Of a stretch of 47,103 nucleotides of DNA, positions 26,864 through 36,815 are shown in pieces (within the stretch, counting starts at the first letter, position 1; each line of letters opens with the position of its first letter). Origin of the DNA: Myxococcales bacterium (GTDB lineage Bacteria; Myxococcota_A; UBA9042); NCBI GenBank assembly GCA_037441385.1, contig JBBISH010000039.1, forward strand, positions 1 through 47,103, written 5' to 3'. The notes below the pieces were generated by a model. That model ran no database searches, had not been told where the DNA came from, and saw only the letters and a list, made by a program, of their open reading frames with translations. The position numbers were made by a program, and so were the translations under genes.

Positions 26864-29686
26864 CTACTTGAGGGCGCCGCCCAGGATCCACGCCTTGACC
26901 AGGTCCGAGTCGGCTTGGCTGGCCGGACCGCCGCCAGGCGGCATGTAGCCGCCGCAGCCGACGACGGCGCCGGGCGTGATTTTCAGGTAGAACTCGCTGC
27001 CGTTTGGGTTGCCAGGCTTGACGTAGACCGGGGCCGCGCAGGTGCCCTTGGCCGCAACGTTGACCAGGGCTGCGTAGGCCGAGTCGGACGTGGAGCCCAG
27101 CGACAAGCCGCCCGATCCGCCGTGGCAGCCGGTGCAGCCGTAGCCCTGGATGACTTTGCTGTAGACCTGCGACCAAGTGGGGGCGGCGCCGCAACCGGCA
27201 ATGGCGGCGTGGCTGCAGGCGCCAGTGCCCGCGTCGCACGAATCGGTGGTGCACGCGTCGCCGTCGTCGCAGCTCTTGGCGCTCCCGGCCTTGCACGAGC
27301 CCGCGGCGCAGGTGTCGCTGAGGGTGCAGGCGTTGCCGTCGCTACAGCTGCCCGCGGTGTTGCTGTGGGTGCAGCCCGCGGTCTTGTCGCACGCGTCGGT
27401 GGTGCAGACGTTGCCGTCGTCGCAACTGGGGGCCGTCGTGCCGCTGCACGAGCCGCCGCTGCAGACGTCGACGAGCGTGCAGGCGTTGCCATCGTTGCAC
27501 GAGGCCGTGTTGTTGGCATGGGTGCAGCCGGTCGACTTGTCGCAAGCGTCGGTGGTGCATGGGTTGGCGTCGTCGCAGTTTGGCGCGGCGCCGGCCGAGC
27601 AACTGCCCGCGGAGCAAACATCGCCCGCGGTGCACGCGTTGCCGTCGCTGCAGGCGGCCGTGTTGTTCGTGTACTTGCAGCCCGCGCCGGGCACGCAGCT
27701 GTCGTCGGTGCACGGGTTGTTGTCGTTGCAGTCGGCAGCACCGGTGCAGGTGCCGCCCGTGCAGCCGGCGACCGGGCTGTGCGCGCAGGCTCCGCTGCTG
27801 CTGTTGCAGCTGTCCGTGGTGCACGCGTCGTTGTCATTGCACGAGTTCGCGGTGCCGCTGCACAGGCCGCCCGCGCAGGTGTCGCTGAGCGTGCACGCAT
27901 TCTTGTCGTCGCACGCCGCCGTGTTGTTCGCGTGGCTGCACAACCCGCCGCTGCAGCTGTCGGTGGTGCACGGGTTGGCGTCGTCGCAGTCCAACGCGGT
28001 TCCGCCGCACTTGCCGGCCGCGCAGGCGTCGCCCTTGGTGCAGGCCACGCCGTCGTCGCAACTGGCGGTGTTGTTCGCGTGGACACAGCCGGTCTGGCTG
28101 CTGCACGAGTCGTCCGTGCACGGGTTGCCGTCGTCGCATTTGTCCGCGTTGGCGCCCACGCAGGTGCCGCCGGCACAATTGTCGACGAGGGTGCACGGGT
28201 TGCCATCGTTGCACGCCCCGGTCGAGAAGCTCTGCTGGCAACCCTTGCCCGGCACGCAAGTGTCCACAGTGCAAGGATTCGTGTCGGCGCACTCGGCGTC
28301 GTTCTTGCAAAGCGGTGCGCCGCAGCCGGTGATGGCTTCGTGCACGCACAGACCGGTACTGGCGTTGCAGCTGTCGGCGGTGCAATCGTTCTGGTCGCTG
28401 CAGCCGTTGAGCTGTCCAGCGGCGCAAGTGCCCTTGCTGCAGCCGTCGCCGACCGTGCAGGGGTTGGCATCGCTGCAGGTCGCGGTGTTCGCCGTCTCGG
28501 TGCAGCCCGTAGCGCTGTCGCAGGCGTCGTCGGTACAGGGGTTCTTGTCGTCGCAGACCACCGCGGTGCCTGCGCATGCGCCGTCTTGGCAGGCGTCGCC
28601 GGTGGTGCATTTCGAGCCGTCGTCGCACGCGTCGGTCGTGTTGGTGTGGGCACAGCCGGCCTTGGAATCGCAAGTGTCCTTTGTGCAGGCGTTTTTGTCG
28701 TCGCAGTTCACGGCGGTCCCCGCGCACGCGCCGTCCTTGCAGGTGTCCCCGGCCGTGCAAGCGTCGCTGTCGCTGCAGGTCACGGTGTTGTTGGCGTGGA
28801 TACAGCCGGTCTTGGGGTCGCAACTGTCGTCGGTACAAGGGTTCTTGTCGTCGCAGTCGCTCGTTTGGCCCAAGCAGAGGCCGCCAGTGCACTGGTCGCC
28901 GCTGGTGCAGGCGTTCGCGTCGCTGCAGGTGACAGTGTTGGGCAAGTGAGCGCAGCCGCTCGCTTTGTCGCACGAGTCGTCCGTGCATGGGTTCTTGTCG
29001 TCGCAGTCCGTCGCGGTGCCGGTGCAGGCGGCCGCCAGGCAGACGTCGCCGCTGGTGCAGGCGTTGCCGTCATCGCAGCTCGCGGTGGTGTCGCTGTGCA
29101 GGCAGCCCTTGCCGGCGTCGCAGCTGTCGGCCGTGCAGCCGTTCTTGTCGTCGCAGTCCACGGCGGTCCCAGCGCATTTGCCCGCCGCGCACTGATCGGC
29201 GCTGGTGCAGGCGCTGCCGTCGTCGCAGGCCAGGCCGTCGGCGACCGGGATCGTCGCGCAGGCGCCGCTGGTGGGCTGGCACTGGCTTTTTGCGCACGGG
29301 TCTGGGCTGGCCGGGCAGGTGACCGCGGAATTCGGTTTGGGCGCGCACTGGGCCTGGCCGCTGCTCGTGTCGCAGAACCACGTGCCGTTGCACAGGTCGC
29401 CGTCGTCTTTGCCGGCGCAGTCGCTGTCCGTGGCGCAGCCGGGCAGTGGGACGTCGCTTGCGTCGCCGGCCTTGTCCGCGTCTTCGCCCGTTGAATCCGA
29501 CCCCGCGGCGCTGTCTTGCACCGGTTGGCTTGCGTCGCCGCTCGTGTCTTTGCCGGTGCTCCCCGCGTCGCCAGCCCCATCGGACGGGGCGACGTCTGCC
29601 GTCTTGCTTGTTGCGGCGACCTCGCCGGTGCCGTCGCAGCCCGCGGCGATCAGCACACACACCACGCCCCAGCGTGCTCGCATCAT
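26864..29686 (-). CDS. Cys-rich repeat lipoprotein with a C-terminal monoheme cytochrome c domain
   Basis: Lipobox AAGC and a D/S/G-rich linker. About 26 CxDxxxCT repeats. C-terminal CTGCH (27122-27136) ...VKPGNPNGS...YMPPGG...VKAWILGGA. Confidence 0.85.
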   Translation of the reverse strand: MMRARWGVVCVLIAAGCDGTGEVAATSKTADVAPSDGAGDAGSTGKDTSGDASQPVQDSAAGSDSTGEDADKAGDASDVPLPGCATDSDCAGKDDGDLCNGTWFCDTSSGQAQCAPKPNSAVTCPASPDPCAKSQCQPTSGACATIPVADGLACDDGSACTSADQCAAGKCAGTAVDCDDKNGCTADSCDAGKGCLHSDTTASCDDGNACTSGDVCLAAACTGTATDCDDKNPCTDDSCDKASGCAHLPNTVTCSDANACTSGDQCTGGLCLGQTSDCDDKNPCTDDSCDPKTGCIHANNTVTCSDSDACTAGDTCKDGACAGTAVNCDDKNACTKDTCDSKAGCAHTNTTDACDDGSKCTTGDACQDGACAGTAVVCDDKNPCTDDACDSATGCTETANTATCSDANPCTVGDGCSKGTCAAGQLNGCSDQNDCTADSCNASTGLCVHEAITGCGAPLCKNDAECADTNPCTVDTCVPGKGCQQSFSTGACNDGNPCTLVDNCAGGTCVGANADKCDDGNPCTDDSCSSQTGCVHANNTASCDDGVACTKGDACAAGKCGGTALDCDDANPCTTDSCSGGLCSHANNTAACDDKNACTLSDTCAGGLCSGTANSCNDNDACTTDSCNSSSGACAHSPVAGCTGGTCTGAADCNDNNPCTDDSCVPGAGCKYTNNTAACSDGNACTAGDVCSAGSCSAGAAPNCDDANPCTTDACDKSTGCTHANNTASCNDGNACTLVDVCSGGSCSGTTAPSCDDGNVCTTDACDKTAGCTHSNTAGSCSDGNACTLSDTCAAGSCKAGSAKSCDDGDACTTDSCDAGTGACSHAAIAGCGAAPTWSQVYSKVIQGYGCTGCHGGSGGLSLGSTSDSAYAALVNVAAKGTCAAPVYVKPGNPNGSEFYLKITPGAVVGCGGYMPPGGGPASQADSDLVKAWILGGALK

Positions 29687-29876
29687 GGATTCCCCACCGG
29701 TTTCGTTGCTTGCCCGTACCTTGCAACGGACTAGCAGGATCCCAAGGCGGCTGCCAAGGCGAGCGATCTAGTATGTGGGTTTTCTTAAGAAGTTGCGCGC
29801 CGCCATCGCTCGGCGGTGCCCAAACTTCCCTGGGAACCGCGCGGGCTTGCCCGCCGCCGCGGTGGGGCGGAATGCG

Positions 29877-30257
29877 CTACGCGGCCGCGCTCTGGGCCTC
29901 GCGCTGTTCGGCAATCGTCTTGTGCACTTGCTCCATGTCCAGCGCCGCGGCCTTGGCTACCAACTCTTCCAACGCCGGCGCCGGCAACATGCCCGGCTGT
30001 GCGAACAGCAGCACCTGCTGGCGGAAAATCATCAGCGTCGGGATCGACTGGATCTGCAGGGCCGCCGCAATGCCTTGCTCTTCCTCGGTGTTGAGCTTGG
30101 CAAACACCACCTCGGGGTGGGCGGCGGCCACTTTCTCGAAGATGGGGGCAAAGGCGCGGCACGGCGCGCACCACGGGGCCCAGAAGTCGATGAAGACCGT
30201 GTCGTTGTTGGCGATGGTGGCGTCGAAGTTGGCTTCGTTGAGCGTGATGGTGGCCAT
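29877..30257 (-). CDS. trxA: Thioredoxin
   Basis: IDFWAPWCAPC active site and IQSIPTL. Confidence 0.92.
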   Translation of the reverse strand: MATITLNEANFDATIANNDTVFIDFWAPWCAPCRAFAPIFEKVAAAHPEVVFAKLNTEEEQGIAAALQIQSIPTLMIFRQQVLLFAQPGMLPAPALEELVAKAAALDMEQVHKTIAEQREAQSAAA

Positions 30258-30479
30258 GGTGTCCTGCGGGGTAGGCGGCTTGCCTGCCGCTGGTGCGTGG
30301 GAGCCACTTTGCGGCTTGAGGATTCGCGCCCGCCGTCGACCTGGCCGTCTACCATGAAAAAACGAGGGAACTCGGTCGTGGTGCGGACGTGACGCGCCAG
30401 AGCCGTGGTCCCTTGGCAGCGCTGGCGAAACGGTCTAGGTTGCCGCCGCGGCCCGCGGCGCGGGCTTGGAGTCGCCAAC

Positions 30480-31907
30480 ATGACAGCAACGACAGCAGCC
30501 GGGCGTGGACCCCGGCGCGAGCACGACTTTTTGGGCGAGCTGGAGCTGGCCGAAACCTGCTACTACGGCGTCCAGACGCTGCGGGCGGTCGAGAACTTCC
30601 ACATCACTGGCATGCCGATGTCGGCGGAACCGCAGTTCATCCGGGCGTTTGCGATGGTCAAGAAGGCCGCCGCGCTGGCCAACCGCGACTGCGGCATGCT
30701 GTCCGACACGGTGGCGCGGGCGATCGCCGCGGCGTGCGACCGGCTGCTGAACGGCGAGCTGCACGACCAGTTCCCCACCGACCTCATCCAGGGCGGCGCG
30801 GGCACGTCGTGCAACATGAACGCGAACGAGGTCATCGCGAATCTGGCGCTGGAGGTGCTGGGGCGGCCCAAGGGCGACTACGAGGTGGTGCACCCGAACA
30901 ACCACGTCAACTGCTCGCAGTCGACCAACGACGCCTACCCGACCGCGTTCCGGCTGGCCCTGCACGCCAAGATCAGTGAGTACGTGGACCACCTGGCGGC
31001 ACTGGCCCAGGCGTTTGCCGACAAGGGCGTCGAGTTCGCGCCTGTGCTGAAGATGGGCCGTACCCAGTTGCAAGACGCGGTGCCGATGTCGCTGGGCGAC
31101 GAGTTCCGCGGCTGGTCGGTGACGATCGGCGAAGATGTGGCGCGGATGCGCGAGGCCCAGTCGCTGCTGCTGGAAGTGAACATGGGCGCCACGGCCATCG
31201 GTACGGGCATCAATGCGCCGCAGGGCTACGCGCAAAAGTGCGTGGATTACCTGGCGCAAATCAGCGGGATCCCGGTGACGCTGGCGGTCGACCTCATCGA
31301 GGCGACGTCGGACACGGGCGCGTACGTGCAGCTGTCGGGCACGCTGAAGCGGTCGGCGCTGAAAATCTCGAAGATCTGCAACGACTTGCGGCTGTTGTCG
31401 TCGGGTCCGCGCGCCGGTCTGGGCGAGATCAACCTGCCGCGCATGCAGCCGGGGTCGTCGATCATGCCGGGCAAGGTGAACCCGGTGATCCCCGAGGTGG
31501 TCAACCAAGCGGCCTACTACGTGGTGGGTATGGACGTGACGGTGTCGATGGCCGCCGAGGCGGGGCAGCTGCAGCTGAACGTGATGGAACCCGTGATTGG
31601 CTTTGCGCTGTTCACGTCGCTGCGGTACATGGGCAACGCCTGCCTGGCGCTGCGGAGCAAGTGCGTGGCCGGCATCACGGCGAACCCGCAGGTGTGCCGC
31701 GACATGGTGATGAACAGCATCGGCATCGTGACGGCGCTGAACCCGCTGTTTGGCTACGAAACCTGCGCGGCGATTGCGAAAGAGGCGCTGCAGACGGGCA
31801 AATCGGTGCACGACCTGGTGGTGGTGGAGCGCAAGCTGCTGAGCCAGGCGCGCTGGGACGAGATCTTCAGCTTCGAGAACCTGATCCACCCGCAACTGCC
31901 GAGCTAG
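30480..31907 (+). CDS. aspA: Aspartate ammonia-lyase
   Basis: GGAG RBS and ATG 30480. YYGVQTLRAVENF, QGGAGTSCNMNANE, KMGRTQLQDA, signature GSSIMPGKVNPVIPE. Confidence 0.95.
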   Translation: MTATTAAGRGPRREHDFLGELELAETCYYGVQTLRAVENFHITGMPMSAEPQFIRAFAMVKKAAALANRDCGMLSDTVARAIAAACDRLLNGELHDQFPTDLIQGGAGTSCNMNANEVIANLALEVLGRPKGDYEVVHPNNHVNCSQSTNDAYPTAFRLALHAKISEYVDHLAALAQAFADKGVEFAPVLKMGRTQLQDAVPMSLGDEFRGWSVTIGEDVARMREAQSLLLEVNMGATAIGTGINAPQGYAQKCVDYLAQISGIPVTLAVDLIEATSDTGAYVQLSGTLKRSALKISKICNDLRLLSSGPRAGLGEINLPRMQPGSSIMPGKVNPVIPEVVNQAAYYVVGMDVTVSMAAEAGQLQLNVMEPVIGFALFTSLRYMGNACLALRSKCVAGITANPQVCRDMVMNSIGIVTALNPLFGYETCAAIAKEALQTGKSVHDLVVVERKLLSQARWDEIFSFENLIHPQLPS

Positions 31908-31936
31908 GGTGTCAGGTATTGCCACTTGCCACATAG
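31908..31936 (+). repeat. 29-bp inverted repeat, left copy
   Basis: GGTGTCAGGTATTGCCACTTGCCACATAG is the exact reverse complement of 36825-36853. It begins immediately after the aspA stop codon. Confidence 0.95.
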
Positions 31937-32074
31937 GCTTCCTGACCGGGCGCATCGCCGCCCACGCGGCGACCCGGCCACGAGTTTGGGCGAAGGAAAA
32001 TCCAGCTGAAATCGAGGCCGCTTGCGCCCAAACCGGCGCGCGGCGCCGCCCTGCGGGTTCGTGTCCGTTGCGCG

Positions 32075-32101
32075 GCTCGGCCGCTGCGCCGCCGAGCTTT
32101 T
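32075..32101 (+). terminator. Possible intrinsic terminator downstream of aspA
   Basis: GCTCGGC-9 nt-GCCGAGC stem followed by TTTT. Confidence 0.45.
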
Positions 32102-32140
32102 GACCCTGGCAACGTTGCCAAGGTTCCCCATAGCGTCAAT

Positions 32141-35100
32141 TCAACGGGTTACCGCGGCCCGCCACGCCACCAGCGCCTCCGCCTCAGCCAGCAGTGCGTC
32201 AGCCGGGTCCGCCTGTCCGGCCGGCGGCGGGCCGCGCAGTTGCTTGAACTGGCTCAGAAGCTCGCGAATCTCCGCCAGCCCCGCCGCGTCGCGCAGCGTG
32301 TCGGAACGCAGCAGCGCCAGATTGTACAGGGGCTGCGGCAGGCGCGGGTCGAGGCGGCGGGCCTGCTGCAGGCTGGCGCGGGCTAGGTCCGGCTGGCCGG
32401 AGAGACGCTGGGCCAGGGCGAGGTTGTTGAGCAGGCGGGGGTCGTTTTGCTGCAGGTCGAGGGCCTTTTGCAGGTGCGCGAGCGCCGCCGGGTCGCCCAA
32501 GATGAGCAACGCGGCGCCCAGGTTGGCCTCGATCGCCGCGTCGTTGGGACGCAAATCCCGGGCTTTGTGAAGTTGGTACCGCGCGAATTCGGCCTCGGGC
32601 GGCGAGTCGAGCAGGGCGAGCCGGGCGAACTCCAGCTTGACGTGGGCCAGGCCGGCGTCGCGGGGTAGAGCCTCGGCGTCCAGTCCTTGCAGGGTGCCGT
32701 AGCTGCGGACCTTGCGGTCGTCGTATTGCGTGACCACGGGCCCTGGTTCCCCGTTCCTTGGCACATCCTCCTCGTAGACCTCCGTCGCCCGCTGGTACGC
32801 CGCCTTGGCCAGGCCGCTCAACCCCGCGAACCGATAGGCGTCGCCAAGTGCCCACATCACTTCGGGATTGCTGTGGTCCAGCCGCAGCGCAGTCTGGCCC
32901 ACTTGCACGGCGTCCACATGCTTGCCCAGCCCCGCAAGCACCTGAATCTTCTCGGCAAGCAACATGACGTCGGTCGGCCGTGCAGCCAGTCCCGCGTCGA
33001 GCGTCTGCACGGCCGCGGTTGCGTCGCCGGCCCGGAGTTGCAGGGTGGCGAGCAACACCTTGGAACGCGAGTGGTTGCCGTCGAGCTTCACCGCTTGGGT
33101 CGCCGCCGCAATGGCCTGCGGCAGGTGCCCCTGCCGATAGTGCAGCAGGGCCTGATTGAAGGTGGCGGCGACGGCCGAATCGCTAGCTGGAGCGGGCAGT
33201 TCGATGCCCAAGGGCAGGGTGCCCGGCGGGTCGTAGTCGGCCAGCAGCCCGTCGCCTGGCGGGGGCGTGAGGTCGGGTTGGAAGTAGCGAAGCTCGCGGC
33301 GCAAGTCGGGGTCGCGGGGCTGGGCACGGAGCTGGTCGCTCAGGTCGGCGACGGCGTCGGCTTGGAGCTGGGCGGCGAGATCGGGTGCGGCGGAGCGGAC
33401 TTGCAGGGCCAAGTGCCGGCGCAGGTGGGAGCGCAGGGCGGCGGTCTGGGCTTGGATCGAAGGCGCGCCATAGCGGTCGACGGCTTGGGCGGCGGTCATG
33501 AGCACGGCGAGATCGAGTTGGAGTTTGGGTAGTTGCGCGGTGTCCGGCTCGGCGGAGAGGAAGGCTTGGACCTGGGGCTGCAAGAGGTCCAGGGCCGCCT
33601 GGGCAGCGAGGGTGGTTTCGGGGGAATCCGGAGTTGCCGGTGCGGGTTGCGCGGCGTAGCGGTCGATCAGCTTGCGGCGCGTGGCCGTGGCGGCGGCGGG
33701 TTGGCCGAGGGTGGCTTGCAACTCGGCGGTGCGGGCCAGGGCGCGAAAGACGCGGGTGGAGACGGAGTTGTCGGACGCGTAGCGCAGGACGAAGGTGGCG
33801 AGGGTGGCGAGTTCGGCCTTGGGGTCGTGGGCGCGGCGGTATAGGCGGGCGAGGTCCCAGTTCGCATCTTCTACGGACTTGGATTGACCGGAATTCAAAC
33901 TGAAATCCTTGATGATCCGTTCGCTCAGGGCAACTGCCTCCGGAAGGTCGCCCTTGTACTCGGCCATCCGGGCGGTGATTTGGAGGTAGTAGCCAGCCTT
34001 GCTGCCTTTCGGGTCGTTCTCGTAGAGGGCGATGAAGTCGCGCATCGTGGCGGGGAGGTCGAAGAACTTGTAGCGGAGATCAGCTCGAATTTCGAGGACT
34101 TCAGACAGGCCATCGACGAGCGCTTTGCGTTCGGTGCGGAGGCGCTCTTCAGCTCTTTGAGCCTGCTCGCGCTGCGCCTTGGTCGGCCGCTTGGGGAGTG
34201 GTGTCGGAGCGGCGGTGAACTTGGGGTCGCGGAGGGCTTCGCGGAGAATTTGTTCGGCGAGGTCTAGGGTTTCGTAGCATTTGGCCCAGGCTTGGGCGCG
34301 GTAATAGGCCTTGACGGCGTTGCCGAGGGCTATGCGTTTGGTGTCCACGCGATCGGTGTCGTCGCGCATCTTTGCGTATTCATCGCCCACGTGTTGAAAG
34401 AGAATGCGCGCCTTGGTCAGGACGGCGAAACGCTCGGCCGCATCCGGGCGAGCAAGTGCAAGGCGCTCCGCCTCTACCGCCTGCTCAGACTGACGGAATG
34501 TAGACTCAGAGAGTTGCCAGGGGTGCTCGGGGAGCGGTCTCTCCCAAATGACGTCGAGCTCGCTACCCTCATACCTAATGTCCTTGAGTTCATCTGTGAA
34601 CGCCTCCAGCGACACCATGTCCTTCTCAATGCCAAACGAGGTCAGCATGTCCATGACGGCCTCCCGAGCCGCCGCCGAGCCCGGAAATCGCTGCCAAATC
34701 CGCCGAAACCGCAGCCGCGCCGACCAAAACTCCGCCGGAGTCCGCTTGCTTGCCCCCGCGGGCCAAGGGTCAAAGTGCCTAAACTTGTAGAGCAGTTCTG
34801 CGGTTTTGAGCGACACCTTCTCCGCCCGCCGCGGGTCCTCGGGGTTGGTATGCGTGGCCGCCATCTCCACGTAGGCGTCTGCTTCGAGCAGCCACTCGAC
34901 CGCGGCCGCCGGCAGCGGCTTGGGCGTAACCCGCCGGACTTCCTTCAGGCCCTCGGCCGCCTCCAGGTCCGCCCTGTCCAAGGCGCGCGACGGCCGAGTC
35001 GACGGCAACGCCAGCGAATCCAGGTACTGCGGGTCATCCGTGGGCAAAGACGCCCGCGCCGACAGCACCCGCTCCGCCGCGTCGAGCGAACTGAACGCCG

Positions 35101-36703
35101 CTGCCTCGGTCTTCTCCATCACGTTGCCGCGATCGTCCTTGCTGTGCGGCCCCTTCCAGTCGCGCACGCGGTCGTACCACGCGACCGACTTGTGCATGGC
35201 GTCGCACGACTTGCGCAGGACAGGCACTTGATCCGCTGGCGTCGGCGCGACTTGACCCTCGACGACGATCAGTTCGCCGTCCTGACCCCGGGCCGCGGTA
35301 CACTGCACTCCGGCCCAGTACCAACATTCCGCCAGTGTCCAAGCCAGCTTGTACGCGTCCGGCCTAGTCGGATCCTGGGCAAACAGCTTCTCGTACCACC
35401 CGGCCGCGCGCCCATACTCGGCAAAGGCCTCCTCGAATTGCCCTTCGGCCTTGCGCCTTTGCGCCAACTCGTGGCTCCGCAATGCGGCCATCCACCTCGC
35501 CTCGCGCAAGGACGCTGGCACGCCGCCAACCACCGCCGGCTCGCCTTTCCACTTGGCGAACCACGGCCCCGCTTCGTCAAACGCCACCAAGTACCTCTCG
35601 ATCGCGCTGACCTGCCGCAGCCGGGCCTGTCGCGCCAGGGCAACACCTGCTTGAGCGACGGGATCCTTGGGATTCTTCTCCGAAAGCGCCCGCAACTCGT
35701 CCTCCCTTTGCGCCATGACCCCGAGCGCCCGAATCACCCCCCACTGCCGCCGCTCCGCCTCCGCCGCCAGCGGCGCCTGCGCCACCACCCACTGCCCCAG
35801 CTCGGCCGCGCGATAACACCGCAACCCGTCTGCATTCTTCTCGGGACACAAGCCCGTCACCGCCGCCTCGACCGCCTCGACCTGCCATGGCTTGCCGGCG
35901 AGCCATTCCGCGAAAAAGCCCTTGGCCCAGGCCTGATTCTTCGCCGTCGGCACCAGCAGGTCGTCCTGCCCGTCGCCATCCCAGTCGCCCAGACCCAACG
36001 AGTCGACCACCACCTCCCGTAGCACGCCCCCGCACTCGCCCCGCAACTCCGCATCGCCGCTCGCGGTCACCGCCACAGCCAGCCGAGTCCACGGCGGTTC
36101 GACCAGCGGCCCCAGCGCACCCAGCGGCGAGGGCATGAACCCCGCGATCCCTGGCTGCTTTTCCGCCTTGACCTGGTCCCCTGCCTCCCGACATGCCGCC
36201 CGCTCCGGCACCGGCGCCAACAGCCCCAGCACCGCCAGATCCCGCCGCAGCCGCCGCGCCAGCGTACTGCCGGGCTCGGGCTCGAACCGCCGCAAAACCT
36301 CCCGCCGCACCTGGACTTGCGCGACCTGCACGGCCCCCTGATCCGCCAGCCCGCCCACCTGCCGGTCGACCAGGCCCAGCACCGCCCGCAGTAGCCGCTC
36401 GCCCTGCACCTGCTCCGCCGCCCCGAACCCCTTGCCCAGCGCCCGCCACACCGGGCAATCCTGAGTGCGGTCGGGCTGTTGCAGGGTCGCCAGGGTCAGC
36501 CGCTCGCAGGCGGCCTCGTCGCGCTGGCTGCACAACTTGGCGTCAGGGCTGGGTTTTGCGTTTGGCGCACACGCCGCCGCGGGCAGGGTCAGGCCGTAGA
36601 ACGCGACTGCCGGTTCGGGGCGCGGCGCGGGCTTGGCCCAAGCAGGGGCGGCGAGCGCGGCCAGGGCGAGCCAACCCTGCAGAACGGCGAGCGGTTTGGG
36701 CAT
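32141..36703 (-). CDS. Large secreted TPR-repeat protein (1520 aa)
   Basis: GAGG RBS and ATG 36703 (MPKPLAVLQGWLALAALAAPAWA, signal peptide). TPR motifs such as EANLGAALL, LLNNLALA and LYNLALL, plus helical repeats throughout. Confidence 0.8.
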   Translation of the reverse strand: MPKPLAVLQGWLALAALAAPAWAKPAPRPEPAVAFYGLTLPAAACAPNAKPSPDAKLCSQRDEAACERLTLATLQQPDRTQDCPVWRALGKGFGAAEQVQGERLLRAVLGLVDRQVGGLADQGAVQVAQVQVRREVLRRFEPEPGSTLARRLRRDLAVLGLLAPVPERAACREAGDQVKAEKQPGIAGFMPSPLGALGPLVEPPWTRLAVAVTASGDAELRGECGGVLREVVVDSLGLGDWDGDGQDDLLVPTAKNQAWAKGFFAEWLAGKPWQVEAVEAAVTGLCPEKNADGLRCYRAAELGQWVVAQAPLAAEAERRQWGVIRALGVMAQREDELRALSEKNPKDPVAQAGVALARQARLRQVSAIERYLVAFDEAGPWFAKWKGEPAVVGGVPASLREARWMAALRSHELAQRRKAEGQFEEAFAEYGRAAGWYEKLFAQDPTRPDAYKLAWTLAECWYWAGVQCTAARGQDGELIVVEGQVAPTPADQVPVLRKSCDAMHKSVAWYDRVRDWKGPHSKDDRGNVMEKTEAAAFSSLDAAERVLSARASLPTDDPQYLDSLALPSTRPSRALDRADLEAAEGLKEVRRVTPKPLPAAAVEWLLEADAYVEMAATHTNPEDPRRAEKVSLKTAELLYKFRHFDPWPAGASKRTPAEFWSARLRFRRIWQRFPGSAAAREAVMDMLTSFGIEKDMVSLEAFTDELKDIRYEGSELDVIWERPLPEHPWQLSESTFRQSEQAVEAERLALARPDAAERFAVLTKARILFQHVGDEYAKMRDDTDRVDTKRIALGNAVKAYYRAQAWAKCYETLDLAEQILREALRDPKFTAAPTPLPKRPTKAQREQAQRAEERLRTERKALVDGLSEVLEIRADLRYKFFDLPATMRDFIALYENDPKGSKAGYYLQITARMAEYKGDLPEAVALSERIIKDFSLNSGQSKSVEDANWDLARLYRRAHDPKAELATLATFVLRYASDNSVSTRVFRALARTAELQATLGQPAAATATRRKLIDRYAAQPAPATPDSPETTLAAQAALDLLQPQVQAFLSAEPDTAQLPKLQLDLAVLMTAAQAVDRYGAPSIQAQTAALRSHLRRHLALQVRSAAPDLAAQLQADAVADLSDQLRAQPRDPDLRRELRYFQPDLTPPPGDGLLADYDPPGTLPLGIELPAPASDSAVAATFNQALLHYRQGHLPQAIAAATQAVKLDGNHSRSKVLLATLQLRAGDATAAVQTLDAGLAARPTDVMLLAEKIQVLAGLGKHVDAVQVGQTALRLDHSNPEVMWALGDAYRFAGLSGLAKAAYQRATEVYEEDVPRNGEPGPVVTQYDDRKVRSYGTLQGLDAEALPRDAGLAHVKLEFARLALLDSPPEAEFARYQLHKARDLRPNDAAIEANLGAALLILGDPAALAHLQKALDLQQNDPRLLNNLALAQRLSGQPDLARASLQQARRLDPRLPQPLYNLALLRSDTLRDAAGLAEIRELLSQFKQLRGPPPAGQADPADALLAEAEALVAWRAAVTR

Positions 36704-36815
36704 GTGGACCTCGCGTCGCGGCGGCCGGGACCCAGGGGGACTTTGGCCCAGCCTATGCGCGTGGCGCGGGTCGGTCAACGGGACACGGGCGACGATTCGG
36801 GGTACAGTCGGCGCC

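Noticed and set aside
26864..29300. Regularly spaced DNA repeats resembling a CRISPR array
   Set aside because: These are degenerate in-frame protein repeats. There are no identical repeats with unique spacers and no cas genes.
26819..29494. 891-aa + strand ORF
   Set aside because: Antisense shadow of the Cys-repeat gene. It is Ala/Val/Arg-rich with no motifs, as is typical of high-GC DNA.
30480..31907. aspA as part of the hydrogenase maturation cluster
   Set aside because: aspA neighbours hyd maturase genes in some anaerobes, but here it is over 17 kb away with unrelated genes between.
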